Positions 26,381-39,000 of a stretch of DNA of 64,000 nucleotides are shown piece after piece. The notes under the pieces are model-generated. The model ran no database searches and was not told where the DNA came from. It saw nothing but the letters and a program-made list of their open reading frames with translations. Source of the DNA: Phoronis australis (lineage: Eukaryota; Animalia; Phoronida); assembly GCA_002633005.1 (NCBI GenBank), contig NMRA01000226.1, forward strand, positions 251,728 to 315,727, read 5' to 3'. A program made the translations under genes and the position numbers. Each line of letters starts with the position of its first letter. Position 1 is the first letter of the stretch.

Positions 26381-29300
26381 GCATGTGTTCATGTATCCAC
26401 TATTTACTGCGAGGATGCATTCCGAACTACATCGGGACACCGGGCTGTCTGCCCGAGTAGGGTGCTCGACCCATGGAACCGAAAACTTGTAGCCAGTACC
26501 TTGTGGGCCATAAGTGTACAAAACCGTGTACTCTGACAGAATGCTTAAGCTGTATGTACAACATTTTGGTACAAAAGTTTTAAAATTATTCTATTCACAG
26601 TCTGCAATATGATACCATGGTAACTGTTACAGAAGTTTGTTATCATGAGAAGAACGATTTTCAAGGAACATTCCCGTACAGTTGCAATGTTCAGGTCCTG
26701 ATCAATGCCGTAGAGTTTCTTAGATAGCTAACTTTTAACTCAGTGTCATTAGAGCTGAAATTGGATAAGAAGAGATTCCATCTACATGTAGTAAAAGATG
26801 AACACACTGCTACTTCAATTATGTTTCAATGTGGTATTTAAAGTGGCATAAAACGTGAAAAACAGACTAAAATGCATTCTTCAAAGCAGTTTTCTGCCAC
26901 TGAAAAAAGTCGAACTATTCACAAGACTTTTTTACCGTTTGTTCACAAAGATTTTGAATTTCTGTTGATGTCAAAGGATATTTCCTATCGTTTCAAATTT
27001 CAAAAAACGATCTGTCAACTACTTGTCACCGACCTCATCAATTTTTCTCCCACACGGCAAAGCAGCCCTCCTTATTATGTATGGCAAGACATAGTAGCCG
27101 CAGCCAGTCCGACTTTTTTGAGCGCATGCGCGCATATATATTATTATGGGTGGAAAATTGAAAACTGTAATGGTATGAAAAAGTTTTTATTTTGTCTGTA
27201 ATTCAAAAATAGTAAATCTAACTATTTTTAGAAGTTCTTGCCATGTTCAAAGTGATCAAATCTCACGTTAACATCCTCAATGAGTACAGGTAGATTCGCC
27301 ACGATGTGTTTAAAATACATTTGTTTGCGATTTTTCGCATTCCATGTCTATTTAAAACCTTGTGTCGTTGGAAAAAGGAATATTTCATATAACTTCGAAC
27401 TCCCAATGTGAACTGTTTTGTAAAGAATTTTGTCAGAAAAGGCATTCTTTCTTATGGAAACCGATCGTGAAAACGTCCCGTTTTCCTATTCTATAGGAGT
27501 CCCCCCGGGCTGTAAAAATGTAGTTCAGGATGGGGTCAGTGGTGCTGAGTGTTTACGTATACAGGTGGCCGCATAGTGACGTAATCAATTTGAAGGGCTA
27601 CATGTCTTACAGGTGGCGCTACTACAGACAGCGTAATCCCAACTCCAAATTTCCTCTGGTACCAAACGGGTAAGAAAGATCCTCGACAGTGTAATGAAGC
27701 GTCAGAAAGTTCTGGTAAGAAAATGCATTTTTGACCTGCAATTTAGAGTATTTTGTTTGTACATACAACGTTTTAATTTCAAATTTTGCAATAACTGCAA
27801 ATCGAATGGATTTTCCAAAAGGAACTATCTTGAAAATAGCCTCTATAGTTATTTGTCACCCTCTAACCCTACTAATACCAGGTGGTTGAGGGAGCCTGCA
27901 CGAAGACGCAGGTAAATAACTGTAGGTAGCAAAAGCACATTTGATGGCAATGAAATTAAGTGGTCTTCTGTGGTCAGTAGCCAAATGTTCGCACCCCATT
28001 ACTTTGTGTGCAATGTAGTACAATTTCAACCAAATATTAAAATAACAAGAACATGTGAAATTCATTTGGATTCGAAATTTGAGATTCTGAATATTGGGGC
28101 CCGTTTTATCAAACGTCTACATGTAATTCCGGTCGTAGCTAAAAGAATCCTATCTTGATTTTTCATTGGTATACAGTTTATTGGCATGGTTTACTGAAGC
28201 TTTGTTTCGTTTTCACAAAAATGCGGCGTCGCCTTCCCAATAACGCGCCTACGACCGTCTTAGCTACCGAACGTCTATCTATCTTTGATAAATGGCCCAT
28301 GATCTTATTATACAGGTCGTTACAAAGTCACACAACCGTCCATCTGTTGCAAGAGGCACATCCGTATTGGACTTTCTCGGAAAGAAAAGACAAAACCACT
28401 TCATAAACGTCATTTTAAAGAGGAATGAGCGAGGACGACCAGAATCTTTCAAAATAACGTCATTTCACACATAGGGACGTATTTAAATGATATGAAACGA
28501 TTTGGCAAATTTCGATAGAAGACTTACACCAGCTTCTGATTTAATCAGCAATTTTCTTCTCTCAGTAATAAAGTTTTGATTTTCGTGCAGGAAAATGGGA
28601 TCACTTTTATAAATTTAGATGTTTCCACGTAAAATTTGTCAATAAAGGGTGGTTAACTGAAACTATGCTTACAACTGGATACACTTATATAAGTAAATAG
28701 AGGGGTGGCTGTCGGAGCAGGCTCACCTATATAATTTAAGGTGACCCACCCTGCGGCAGTTTCCCCCAACCCTAGGGTGACACCTACAGGTGTATAAATG
28801 TACGTTAACCCCCCAGTCTCGTCTAGTTTCTTCTAAACTGAGTGGTTTTAGATTTTACGAAGAACTGAGAATTGGGTCCAGCTCGGGACACCCAATGTCC
28901 TTCCTCGGAAAGTCAACTTGTTGAACATTGTCTCATGGGATAATGCCAGTTAATTTTAATTTATACAAATCCATTTTAATGTGTGGAAGGAACAAATTAA
29001 GCCGGCGGCAAGAGATCTGAATGAAAAGCTAATTTATGACAGAGGCTGGGTGTTAAGTAGTATTGAAAGCTATTTAGTGTTGACAGAGTTTATTTTGCAT
29101 TTGCATCGCAAGTCTGCTTGTTTCACGCTGTATAACTGTTATAACTTTCCACGCCGTGAAGTGTACGTTAGCCTGTTCTAGTAAATGTTCATGTTGACAC
29201 GTATTTTAATGTAAGCGTTTAACCTTAAATAAAAAGTATAAAGCACACGGTGTGTTCTCCTTTTACATGTCCTTAGGTATGTTAAGCTACAATACAATTA

Positions 29301-30060
29301 CAGGTAAATGAGTTGTAGTTACTTTAGATCAATTCTGCGTACTTGTAGCATGAGCATACAGCACGAAGAAATGTGACAAGAAATCATGTAAATGATCACG
29401 ACTGGCGATAAGCATCAATTGAAAATTGATATCAATCATTTACATCACATTCAAGCATTCGTACGAATTCATAGAGAAATGGTTGATGTGAATTGCGATA
29501 AATCATGAACATCCTATTATCCTCTGTATCCCTCTACTGACTAGCTTAACGGTTGGCTATCTCTCACATAGCTAATGTATAATTGCGGACTGTGTTTAAC
29601 TAGCACTTCTGAAGTCTACTTCGTTGCATGGTGGCAGTATTAAACATATGGCAACTTTCCTGGAGACCCGCGTCTATTATATTATCTGGGTAAGTTTACA
29701 GATTCTTTAAACATGACGTTAAATTCGTTAGAATTCGATTCAGTGAGAGGAAATTAGTGGACGCGCAACCTTTAAGCCGATGCAAGTGCGAGAGTGTGAC
29801 CGTCTGTGACACGGTAGATACATACAGTGTTGTTGGTGTACGTTTAATAGTGCCTTAGCGCGAACGAATAGGTCGATGTACATCGAATCTATACGTACAG
29901 GTGACAAATACCGGTTTGTATCATAATTGTGCGGGTAGCTTTGAATCAATGATTTCGGATTATTAAATGTAAACACAGAACCATGTTTTTCATGTAGTTC
30001 ATCTCGTGAGTTCATCGCGAAGACGTGGGTTTTCAGTTAGGTTTTGTGATTACAGGTGTA

Positions 30061-33000
30061 ATGTTGTTATTCGCTCTGGTTCTTTGCGTGGGGACCAGCG
30101 TTTTGTGTATGGACATTCACGGAGGGGTGCCCATGGGTGTGATCAACACACTGTGCGACGATGGCAAGGTATGGTTTAGGAGATTAAACAAAAGTGAAGC
30201 GGGAGGAATAGCTATACATGTATAGGTGGACAATGCGTCCGTGCATTCCAAAAATGCGAGTTAAAAGTGTTGTTTAATTTGCAGATCTGGGCTCGGAGTC
30301 TAATCTCAAAATCGAAGTCGAATGAAATTATAGTTAATTTTGACAGTTTTTGTTCTGCGGTACCAACTCAAGATCGGTGTCTATTATTTTATGCTCGAAT
30401 GGATTATGTTTTACGCAGATGGGTATGGCACCTAACAGGCGGCTTTGGTGGCCCAGTCCGAGTTGGGTTTCTATCAGTAGGGTTTACTTTGTGGCTACCT
30501 CATCGTTGGATCAAATTAAGTGCCCTAATCATATGGGATAAGAAGATATGGGAGGGGTTGGCGGAACAAAAGAGAATGTCCACGTCATCCCTTCTTAGCC
30601 ACCACCAGTTTCCCCTCAACCTTCGAGCATTGATTGCACGGCAAATCAATACCTATCATTCTGGTCACTTTGACGGGACGGGGAAGATTGCTGCCTCCCA
30701 ACTTTGTGAGCGGAGGGGTGCTCAACTCAACACACTCGCTCCTCGTTAAATTTCTACCGGGGGAATCACTATTTTGGAAATAAGCCTGATTTTGATAGGC
30801 CTAAAGTATATGTTGGCGTCGTTTTTTCATGATGATGTTCGTAAGGAGGACCGCGCACCTTCGCCGCCCCCCCAAATCCTTTCGTTTTTCTTAATCAACG
30901 TGTGTAATTTTTATTTGCCGGTTCCATCGACTAAGATACTTATTGTAAATGCATGCCGATCCAATCTCATCACAAGGTTTGCCATACGGAGGCCTCAGAG
31001 TGCAATTTGAATCNTGGGCTCGGAGTCTAATCTCAAAATCGAAGTCGAATGAAATTATAGTTATTTTTGACAGTTTTTGTCCTGCGGTACCAACTCAAGA
31101 TCGGTGTCTATTATTTTATGCTCCAATGGATTATGGTTTACGCAGATGGGTATGGCACCTAACAGGCGGCTTAGGTGGCCCAGTCCGAGTTGGGTTTCTA
31201 TCAGTAGGGTTTACTTTGTGGCTACCTCATCGTTGTTAGATCAAATTAAGTGCCCTAATCATATGGGATAAGAAAATATGGGAGGGGGCGGCGGAACAAA
31301 AGAGAATGTCCATGTCATCCCTTCTTAGCCACCACCAGTTTCCCCTCACCCTTCGAGCATTGATTGCACGGCAAATCAATACATATCATTCTGGTCACTT
31401 TGATGGGACGGGGAAGAGTGCTGCCTCCCAACTTTGTGAGCGGAGGGGTGCTCAACTCAACACACTCGCTCCTCGTTAAATTTCTACCGGGGGAATCGCT
31501 ATTTTGGAAAGAAGCCTGATTTTGATGGGCCTAAAGTATATGNATTGTAAATGCATGCCGATCCAATCTCATCACAAGGTTTGCAATACGGAGGCCTCAG
31601 AGTGCAATTTGAATGAAATGCCTTCTTGATATGAGACTACGTCCCTGAGATGAGACGAAATTTGTAATACCAGAAATCACGATGCAGTAACGGTTGCTCG
31701 CAAAAAAACGCAGCTCAAATCGGGTTGTAACGTGGCCCAGAAAGTATCTCGGGCCTTACCGTTGAAAGTGTCGCGCGTAATAACGACCGAGACTTCGCTC
31801 GTATTTTACCACCGAAATCGTTATATCGAATGACAAATTTAGTTTGTGAGCTCTGAAGCAGTTGTGCGCTCGTAACTTTACACTCATATTTTTCGCGCGT
31901 AGGCCTAGTTTTACGTTGGTAATTTCACGCTCGTATTTTTCACATGCTACATGTATGAAGTATTCAGAAGGTAAAATCTCAGGTGCAAAGTATAAAAGTG
32001 CAAAAGGTTGAAAATATCAAAGATCGGCTGCTTTTGTTTTTACTTGCTGTCCTAACCATCCCAGGCACTTGAAAGTTGTCCGTTTTGGTACATATTGATG
32101 TGCAAAGTGTATATCTAGCAGGTTGTCTGACAGTGCTTTTATATAACTTGTTAAAATAAACATGCTTTTTCATTTATTTAGGCAAAGTTTCGTTCTTTTA
32201 CTCTTAACAATAGGAGGAGGCAGTGTAGCCTAGTTTGGTAAGTGCCCACTTTCTTTACTCGAGGTCGTGTGTTCGAGGCCCACTGGATCACACTTCTAAA
32301 CCCTTGAGTCATGTTTCTAGCTTCTCCGCTCGGTTTTAACTGTATATTAATAAAGCATAAACAGTGATCCAATGGGTCCACGTGCGCTGTCTGTGCACCT
32401 CTGGTACAAACTGTATCAGACCTCCTGCAATATTTTTTTTTACTCTTAACAATGCGTGAAGATAACATATGACATTGCAAAAAACATTGGTTCAAAATGG
32501 TCTTAGGGGGTTATGCAGTAAATTTTTAAAATGTTGTTGAATAACAAACCGTTTGCATAACAAAAACAACATCAACTGAGTATTAACTTAATGGGTGGTG
32601 GTCTCGTGAACTCGTAGTTAAATATAATGACTATACTTGCTAAATTTATGAGCAAAAAATACGAGCGTACAACTTCTGTAGAGCTCACGTGACCTGCAAA
32701 CCAATTTCTTGTTGGATATAGCGATTTCGGTCGTAAAGCATGAGCGAAGTCTCGGTCGTAGTCACGAGCGTAATTATGGACAAACGATTTCAATCTGAAA
32801 GCACGAGCTAAGTCTCGGTCGTGATCACGAGTATAATTATGGACGAACAAATTCGGTCGTAAAACCCAAGGTCAACAATAAAGTATCATGGGAAGGAACC
32901 GCCTCGTGTTTTGATTGGTTATTTGAGAGATTAAAACAACAAGAGAAAAAATATACACATGAATTGTCAGTTTAAACTTTTTGAGAAGTTTTGATTAACC

Positions 33001-36000
33001 CTTAGAGATTAGGCGCGCACCCAGCTTAAAATATAGTGGGGGGGCTCGAATTTTTCCGCATGCGTACCTTTCACTGACAAAAATCAACGAGGACTAAGAA
33101 AAAAAACTGGTCACTAGGTTCAGGCCTACGAATTGTGCTACCTCGCAAAATTCCTTTGTGGACTTTTGGCTCGTTTACTCGGACTTTTTGTTTCGCTTTT
33201 TGCCCAATTCGATCGTTCGAGCCCCCCGAGCCCCCCCCGGGTACGCCCATGGAGNCAATCTGAAAGCACGAGCTAAGTCTCGGTCGTGATCACGAGTATA
33301 ATTATGGACGAACAATTTCGGTCGTAAAACCCAAGGTCAACAATAAAGCATCATGGGAAGGAACCGCCTCGTGTTTTGATTGGTTATTTGAGAGATTAAA
33401 ACAACAAGAGAAAAAATATACACATGAATTGTCAGTTTACACTTTTTGAGAAGTTTTGATTAACCCTTAGAGATTATGCGCGCACCCAGCCTAAAATATA
33501 GGGGGGGCTCGAATTTTTCCGCATGCGTACCTTTCACTGACAAAAATCAACGAGGACTAAGAAAAAAAAAACTGGTCACTAGGTTCAGGCCTACGAATTG
33601 TGCTACCTCGCAAAATTCCTTTGTGGACTTTTGGCTCGTTTACTCGGACTTTTTGTTTCGCTTTTTGCCCAATTCGATCGTTCGAGCCCCCCGAGCCCCC
33701 CCCGGGTACGCCCATGGAGATGGTCATTATCAGCAGTCCAAGTGAATAACTAGTGGCAAAATGTTGTAAATCACAACTTCTGGTACTGTAAAATAATTTT
33801 CCCGATGCTGCGGAGTCAACTGGCGCGGCAGTTGCCTGGATGGGACTCTGACTGGCAGGAACAGAGTGGCCAACCAGATACTGTTTTGTGGTCGATAATT
33901 CATCAGTATTTTTTAGCCAGATCCTTTTAAAATGCAAGAACGGACTCATAAGACATTTGTTTTTTTCAAACCAAACAAAGTGAGGAGAACTGATGAAAAA
34001 AGAGAGAGGTTTTCTCTCGTCTTTTGTAGTTCAGAACAGGTTGATATAAGGAAACCTTTCGCGCCATTTGTCTCCACACCTGATGAAGAGCTGCACCTGT
34101 TAGGCTCGAAAGCTCGATATATTTTTAACGGATTTTAAATTGTTTTACCAGTTCCTGCATTGTCTAAGTTATTACTAGTTTATTTTGACATTTGCAGACA
34201 AATCTGACTGTTGACTGGGATTACACGAAAGATGACGAGTACGTCTGTAAAGGAGATATCCTCAACCCAATACAGGTATAGACAAATTGATTGTCTTGGC
34301 GTTTGTGTACGTTGTTCAGGGAACTAAATAACGGTATGTATTACACGGCCGGTAAACATTGGTTTCACAGCTATGCTTGCATTTCGTGACCTCATCACAT
34401 GAGATAGGAAAAGGTTGTCCTTTCTATACCGAAGTGGCGCATGCACCTAAGCTGCACATATCAATGCAGTTCCGCACAGACTCCCATGGGCCTATTGGCG
34501 CGGCAATACGTTAGTAATTTAAAGCGCTTACGTAAAATCCGACCTGATTATTATTATTTTTAATTTTGGCATTTTAATTTTATCTGATCTGGTCCAAACT
34601 GTCAAAATGAAATCATACTAAGCAACCACATCATCGCAATATACATGTAGATTAGCCAGGGAGACTGAAAACGTTTTCACCTCGGTCTGAGGTTAAGGTA
34701 AATTTTCGATAGCAAGGATGGGGAAGAGGGATATTGGGAAAATTTGATGGAAAATTTTCAACTCTCCAACCGCTGTTTGTTTCATTGTGAGGTAATAGTT
34801 AAGATGTCTGACAGGGACTACTGATGCAGTAATGTTCATACCCATTGCAGGTTCGTAGCACGGTTCGATGTGGTCACATCCGTCTGGTAAGTGATATTCA
34901 AAAGTAAAGAATCCGATAAAGCGATTTTTGTCGATCGTACACGTGCAAATTTATGACACTAGACAATTAAGTTAATTTGTAGTACACTTTTTGGTTAACT
35001 GAACCAAAGCGACCTGGGGAATTACATCGAGTGCGCGTTGTTCGTTCATATTATAAAAACGGGACTTTCGTAATGACCAAACAAAAAATACATTTCTAGT
35101 GTACCAGTCGGTGGGCCAGAATTTTGAAGGGCCTCTAGAAAATGGTTTTTGTGAGTACTTTAGGGGGGCAATTTTATTTTGATGTGTTTTAATTCATTTG
35201 TTAGAGTGTTTTCAAAATCTAAAAAGTTCCCACATATAAAAATGCACATTTTTGAGAAATTTGAGTTTGAAATTACCTAATAATCACCAAAGAGCTTAGT
35301 AAACTTATATTTGTAAAAACAACAGTTTTGGTGACTTTTTTGTAAAAAAAGTAATATGGTCCCATCAGTGCCATTGTATTGAACAATATTACTCTCACAT
35401 TACATGTTTTACTATTGTAGATTAATTGTAAACAGTGAAATTTAAAAAATGTAAAGAGACACCTAGTGGCAAAAATGCAAACTAAGTCTGGATGTTACTA
35501 GGAAGTTATTCTGGCATTGTCTGGCAAAAAAAATAACACAAAACATTTGAGACTGGACAAAATGTGTGCCTCAATGACTAAAACATTGACTATTGGTGTA
35601 AAATACAGCTTGTTTGCATAATACACCAGAAATACGTTATAGTACAAAAACAATATAGTGGAATGATCTCTGTGAATGTGCACACAGACTGTAAGAAAAT
35701 AATAGATTATTCTGACAGCGTTTATCAAGCAGTGTGAGACAAATACATGACAATAATCAAAGTATGTACTTTCTATGACTTAATCAACAAATAAAATTAA
35801 CTTTTTAATACAAAAAACGAAATAACGAGGTTGGAGGTCTATTTAGGGTTGACTTGTCAAAGAACTATCCAATGTTATGCAGTCAGTGTAGCTGATGTTA
35901 CTACAGTTGTCACAGCTGCACATTTCTGTACAGTTTGACCCAACATTGCAGCACAAACTCAGTTTCCCAGCACACATGTTCTTTTTGCACTTGCAGCGTT

Positions 36001-39000
36001 CGTCGTTTAGCACTGTCAATGGAGATGCAGGCATTGTCTTACATTTTAACTGCAAAGCTCCACCGCCAATGACCCAACTATGGTCAATTAGAGATGGTAC
36101 AGCACTGCACACTGGTGATTGGCCCGCAGGCAATGAAGGGTCAAACACTAAGTCCTTGTTTGGAGGCGGGCAGGATTTGNNNNNNNTTTTTATAGCATGA
36201 TGATCTGTGGTACTTGGCTTCTAAGACACAAGGTCTTTATCTTTGAATTTCATTTGCATATTCAGGGCTCTGGACTGAGCTGTTGCTTGCGATACAAGTC
36301 CAACTGAAAAAAACCCGAACTGTTAACACTAATTTAACATTCAACTATGAGTGAGTTGGCATGCAACTTTTTCAGGCGGACTTATCAGGAACTGATCCAC
36401 CACCAGCCTAACAAATTTACATGTCGTCTGGTCTGTCGCGTAAAAATGTTGATCATCTAATAATTAGATTAGTTGATGCAACTGAAAATAAATCAGCTGA
36501 TATACCAGTGCAGTGATTGAAATTTAATTTTTTAAATCAGATGCTCAAACCGTAGTCAATCAATTTACACTTAAAGTAATCGACGTTTGACAAAATGGAC
36601 AGTGGCTTCCATCGTCCTCAAATTACGACGGCGACGATGGCCACTTTAGCACTTTAATTTAGTTATCATTACAGCTACCTAAGTAATTAATGTTTACAAA
36701 AAATTGAGAAGAGGTTCCCCCTATCCCAGGACTACGGCAGGGGATGACGGCCACTTGGGCATGTTGTTTGCAACCATCTACTCCATTTAACCTTCTCAAA
36801 AATTTTTGACTTAAAGTGCTTTAAAATCACACCCACAGTATAACGCCATATGATTATCCCTTAGCGCAAGCAGTGTCGATGTGGCAACTGAACATTGGAG
36901 TGTTCGAAAAATAAGATTGCAGGAGTATTTGTTTAAATTGGGAACAAATGAAAACATTAACGACATCCTCACTGGCATCTCTCTACGCGTAACTTCTAAA
37001 CTTATAGGAACATAATTTGCCGAAAAGCATCCGGCATATGGAGTACCTATGGTATAATCACCGTCTCTACTGGGTCAGCGGTATTGTCTAAGGCCTAGGC
37101 AGCCAAGGGGCTGAACAAGTTAAAAAAACAACTGATGATAATACTGAAACACACCTGGAAAACACCAAGATGTACCTTTCAAAAACACGTACCTGTATTT
37201 GAAAGCTATACTTCTTGCTCTTTCTTGAAATATGGTCCATAATATACTTTTCCTGCTAACAAATAATGCACTCATGTTTCAGAATGTTCCTATCTTGTTC
37301 AGGTTAATTGGGTGTTTCAGATATTGGAAGTATAATTGATTTTGTTGGGAAATCTTGGATAACATCTGTATCACTTTCACCAACTTCAGCTTTAGTACTA
37401 CTGCTGGTGCCTTGAATCGTTGCTATGTCGTTCTATGTCCTTTCAATTCTTTGGTCTGACACTTGGTCTTCTAGTCTACAGCACTCAGCAGTGTACTGTG
37501 TAGGCTATGGCTATACCAGGACATGCAGCTGTTTTCTTCACAAACGTTTGTGACACCTCTTCTTCTTTTTTATCTACTGATCTACAGAGTTCCGCAGTCC
37601 ATCAGCTTTCATCAGGAATCAGGAAGCTTTCCTAAGCTTCTTTATGCTCTAGCATCACAATTTTGTGTTGTTTGATAAACCTTGAATTATTCACGGCATC
37701 ACACTCCATGGGAGCAGCCATATTGAAGTAACTAAGCACAACAATACAATCTGTCTCTCTGATTGGTCAATTCAATAGAAAAGCGCTACCAAGTGGCAGG
37801 AATGTGCATCATATTTTGTGCAACAAAAACACCTTTTTTTAAAAAATGTGCAAGTGTAGACGTGGGAACTTTTTGGAATTTGATTTATAGTTATGTTATC
37901 TAGCCACATAGAGAAAACTAGGTTGCCCCCCAAAGTACTCACAAGGATGAACGCTATGAGATCTGGCCCACCGACTATACTGGATTGCCCATGTAAACGT
38001 AGTGCACTCTTTCACGACAATATACGTTGTTTGAATAGTGGTCTTCAGATTTACATTTACATTCATTACACCGTAGCCACTATATACCCCCATCTTTTAT
38101 TTTTCAGCCACTGCACAAGTGCATGAACACTGCCATCACGTATTCCGACCGGATACCTATGAGGTGGGTTTTCAGACTGCGCTCTTTCAATGCCATATTC
38201 GCCGGCTTCCTTGTATGTACGGACATGTACATATTAGAATAGGCGAGGGTCGCATTTGACAGTAAATGCGTTGCACAAGCGTCATATATTTTAATGCTCC
38301 CATAACGTCACTTGGAACAGTGAGGATGGGCGTATATTCTGGGGGAGGGGGGGTGTCGGTGGGTTGAAACCACCAAAAATAATTATCGCTTTAGTTGGCA
38401 AAGAAAGAAAAAAATTAGAACGAAGTTCCATTCAAATTAATATTCCAAATTTCGAGAGTTCTGAAAAAAGTGCTTGTATATGGACTCATTTTTATGTCAC
38501 GCCTCCTTTTAATGTTAATTACTCACTTGCATTCGATACATGAATAAGTGTACATGTATGTGTGGGCCGGAGTCCTAAAACTTAACTTATCCGCATTAGA
38601 GATCGATTTTCGCTGCCTTTTAACTTCAGGTTCTCTTAGAAATATTTATTTAGTTGTCATTTTTCCTCACAACGAAAACTTACCCACGCAGCGCTAATTA
38701 GGTCAATAAGCTGAAATCATGAATTTCAAACCAGAATAAGTCGCTAAGTTAGCGGAGGCAAATCTTGCCATTAGTTCCATTTAGACATTAACTCTTGACA
38801 CGGCGTAACTGACACGGCGCAAGATGATCTGTTACAATCGGCCGCTCATACTCACACACAACGTCGAAACGGTGGCAAGGCGGAAGTTGTAGGCAGGAAT
38901 GTGAATTGCTCATGCGCAAAGTTTCAAATAGTGAGAGTCACAAGTTCATTAGTATTGTTGTTGTTGTTATGGTGCTTTTAATTCACCCCAGTGTACGTAA

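Noticed and set aside
30267-30749. 160-aa ORF with an apparent acceptor (TTGCAG|ATCTGG) as exon 2 of copy 1
   Set aside because: It has no counterpart in copy 2, and its duplicate at 31015 is frameshifted. The true exon 2 at 34198 is conserved between copies.
32720-32860. CRISPR-like spaced repeats (AAGTCTCGGTCGT...ATAATTATGGAC)
   Set aside because: The units are tandem and degenerate with no unique spacers, in eukaryotic context with no cas genes. They are subterminal repeats of an inverted-repeat element.
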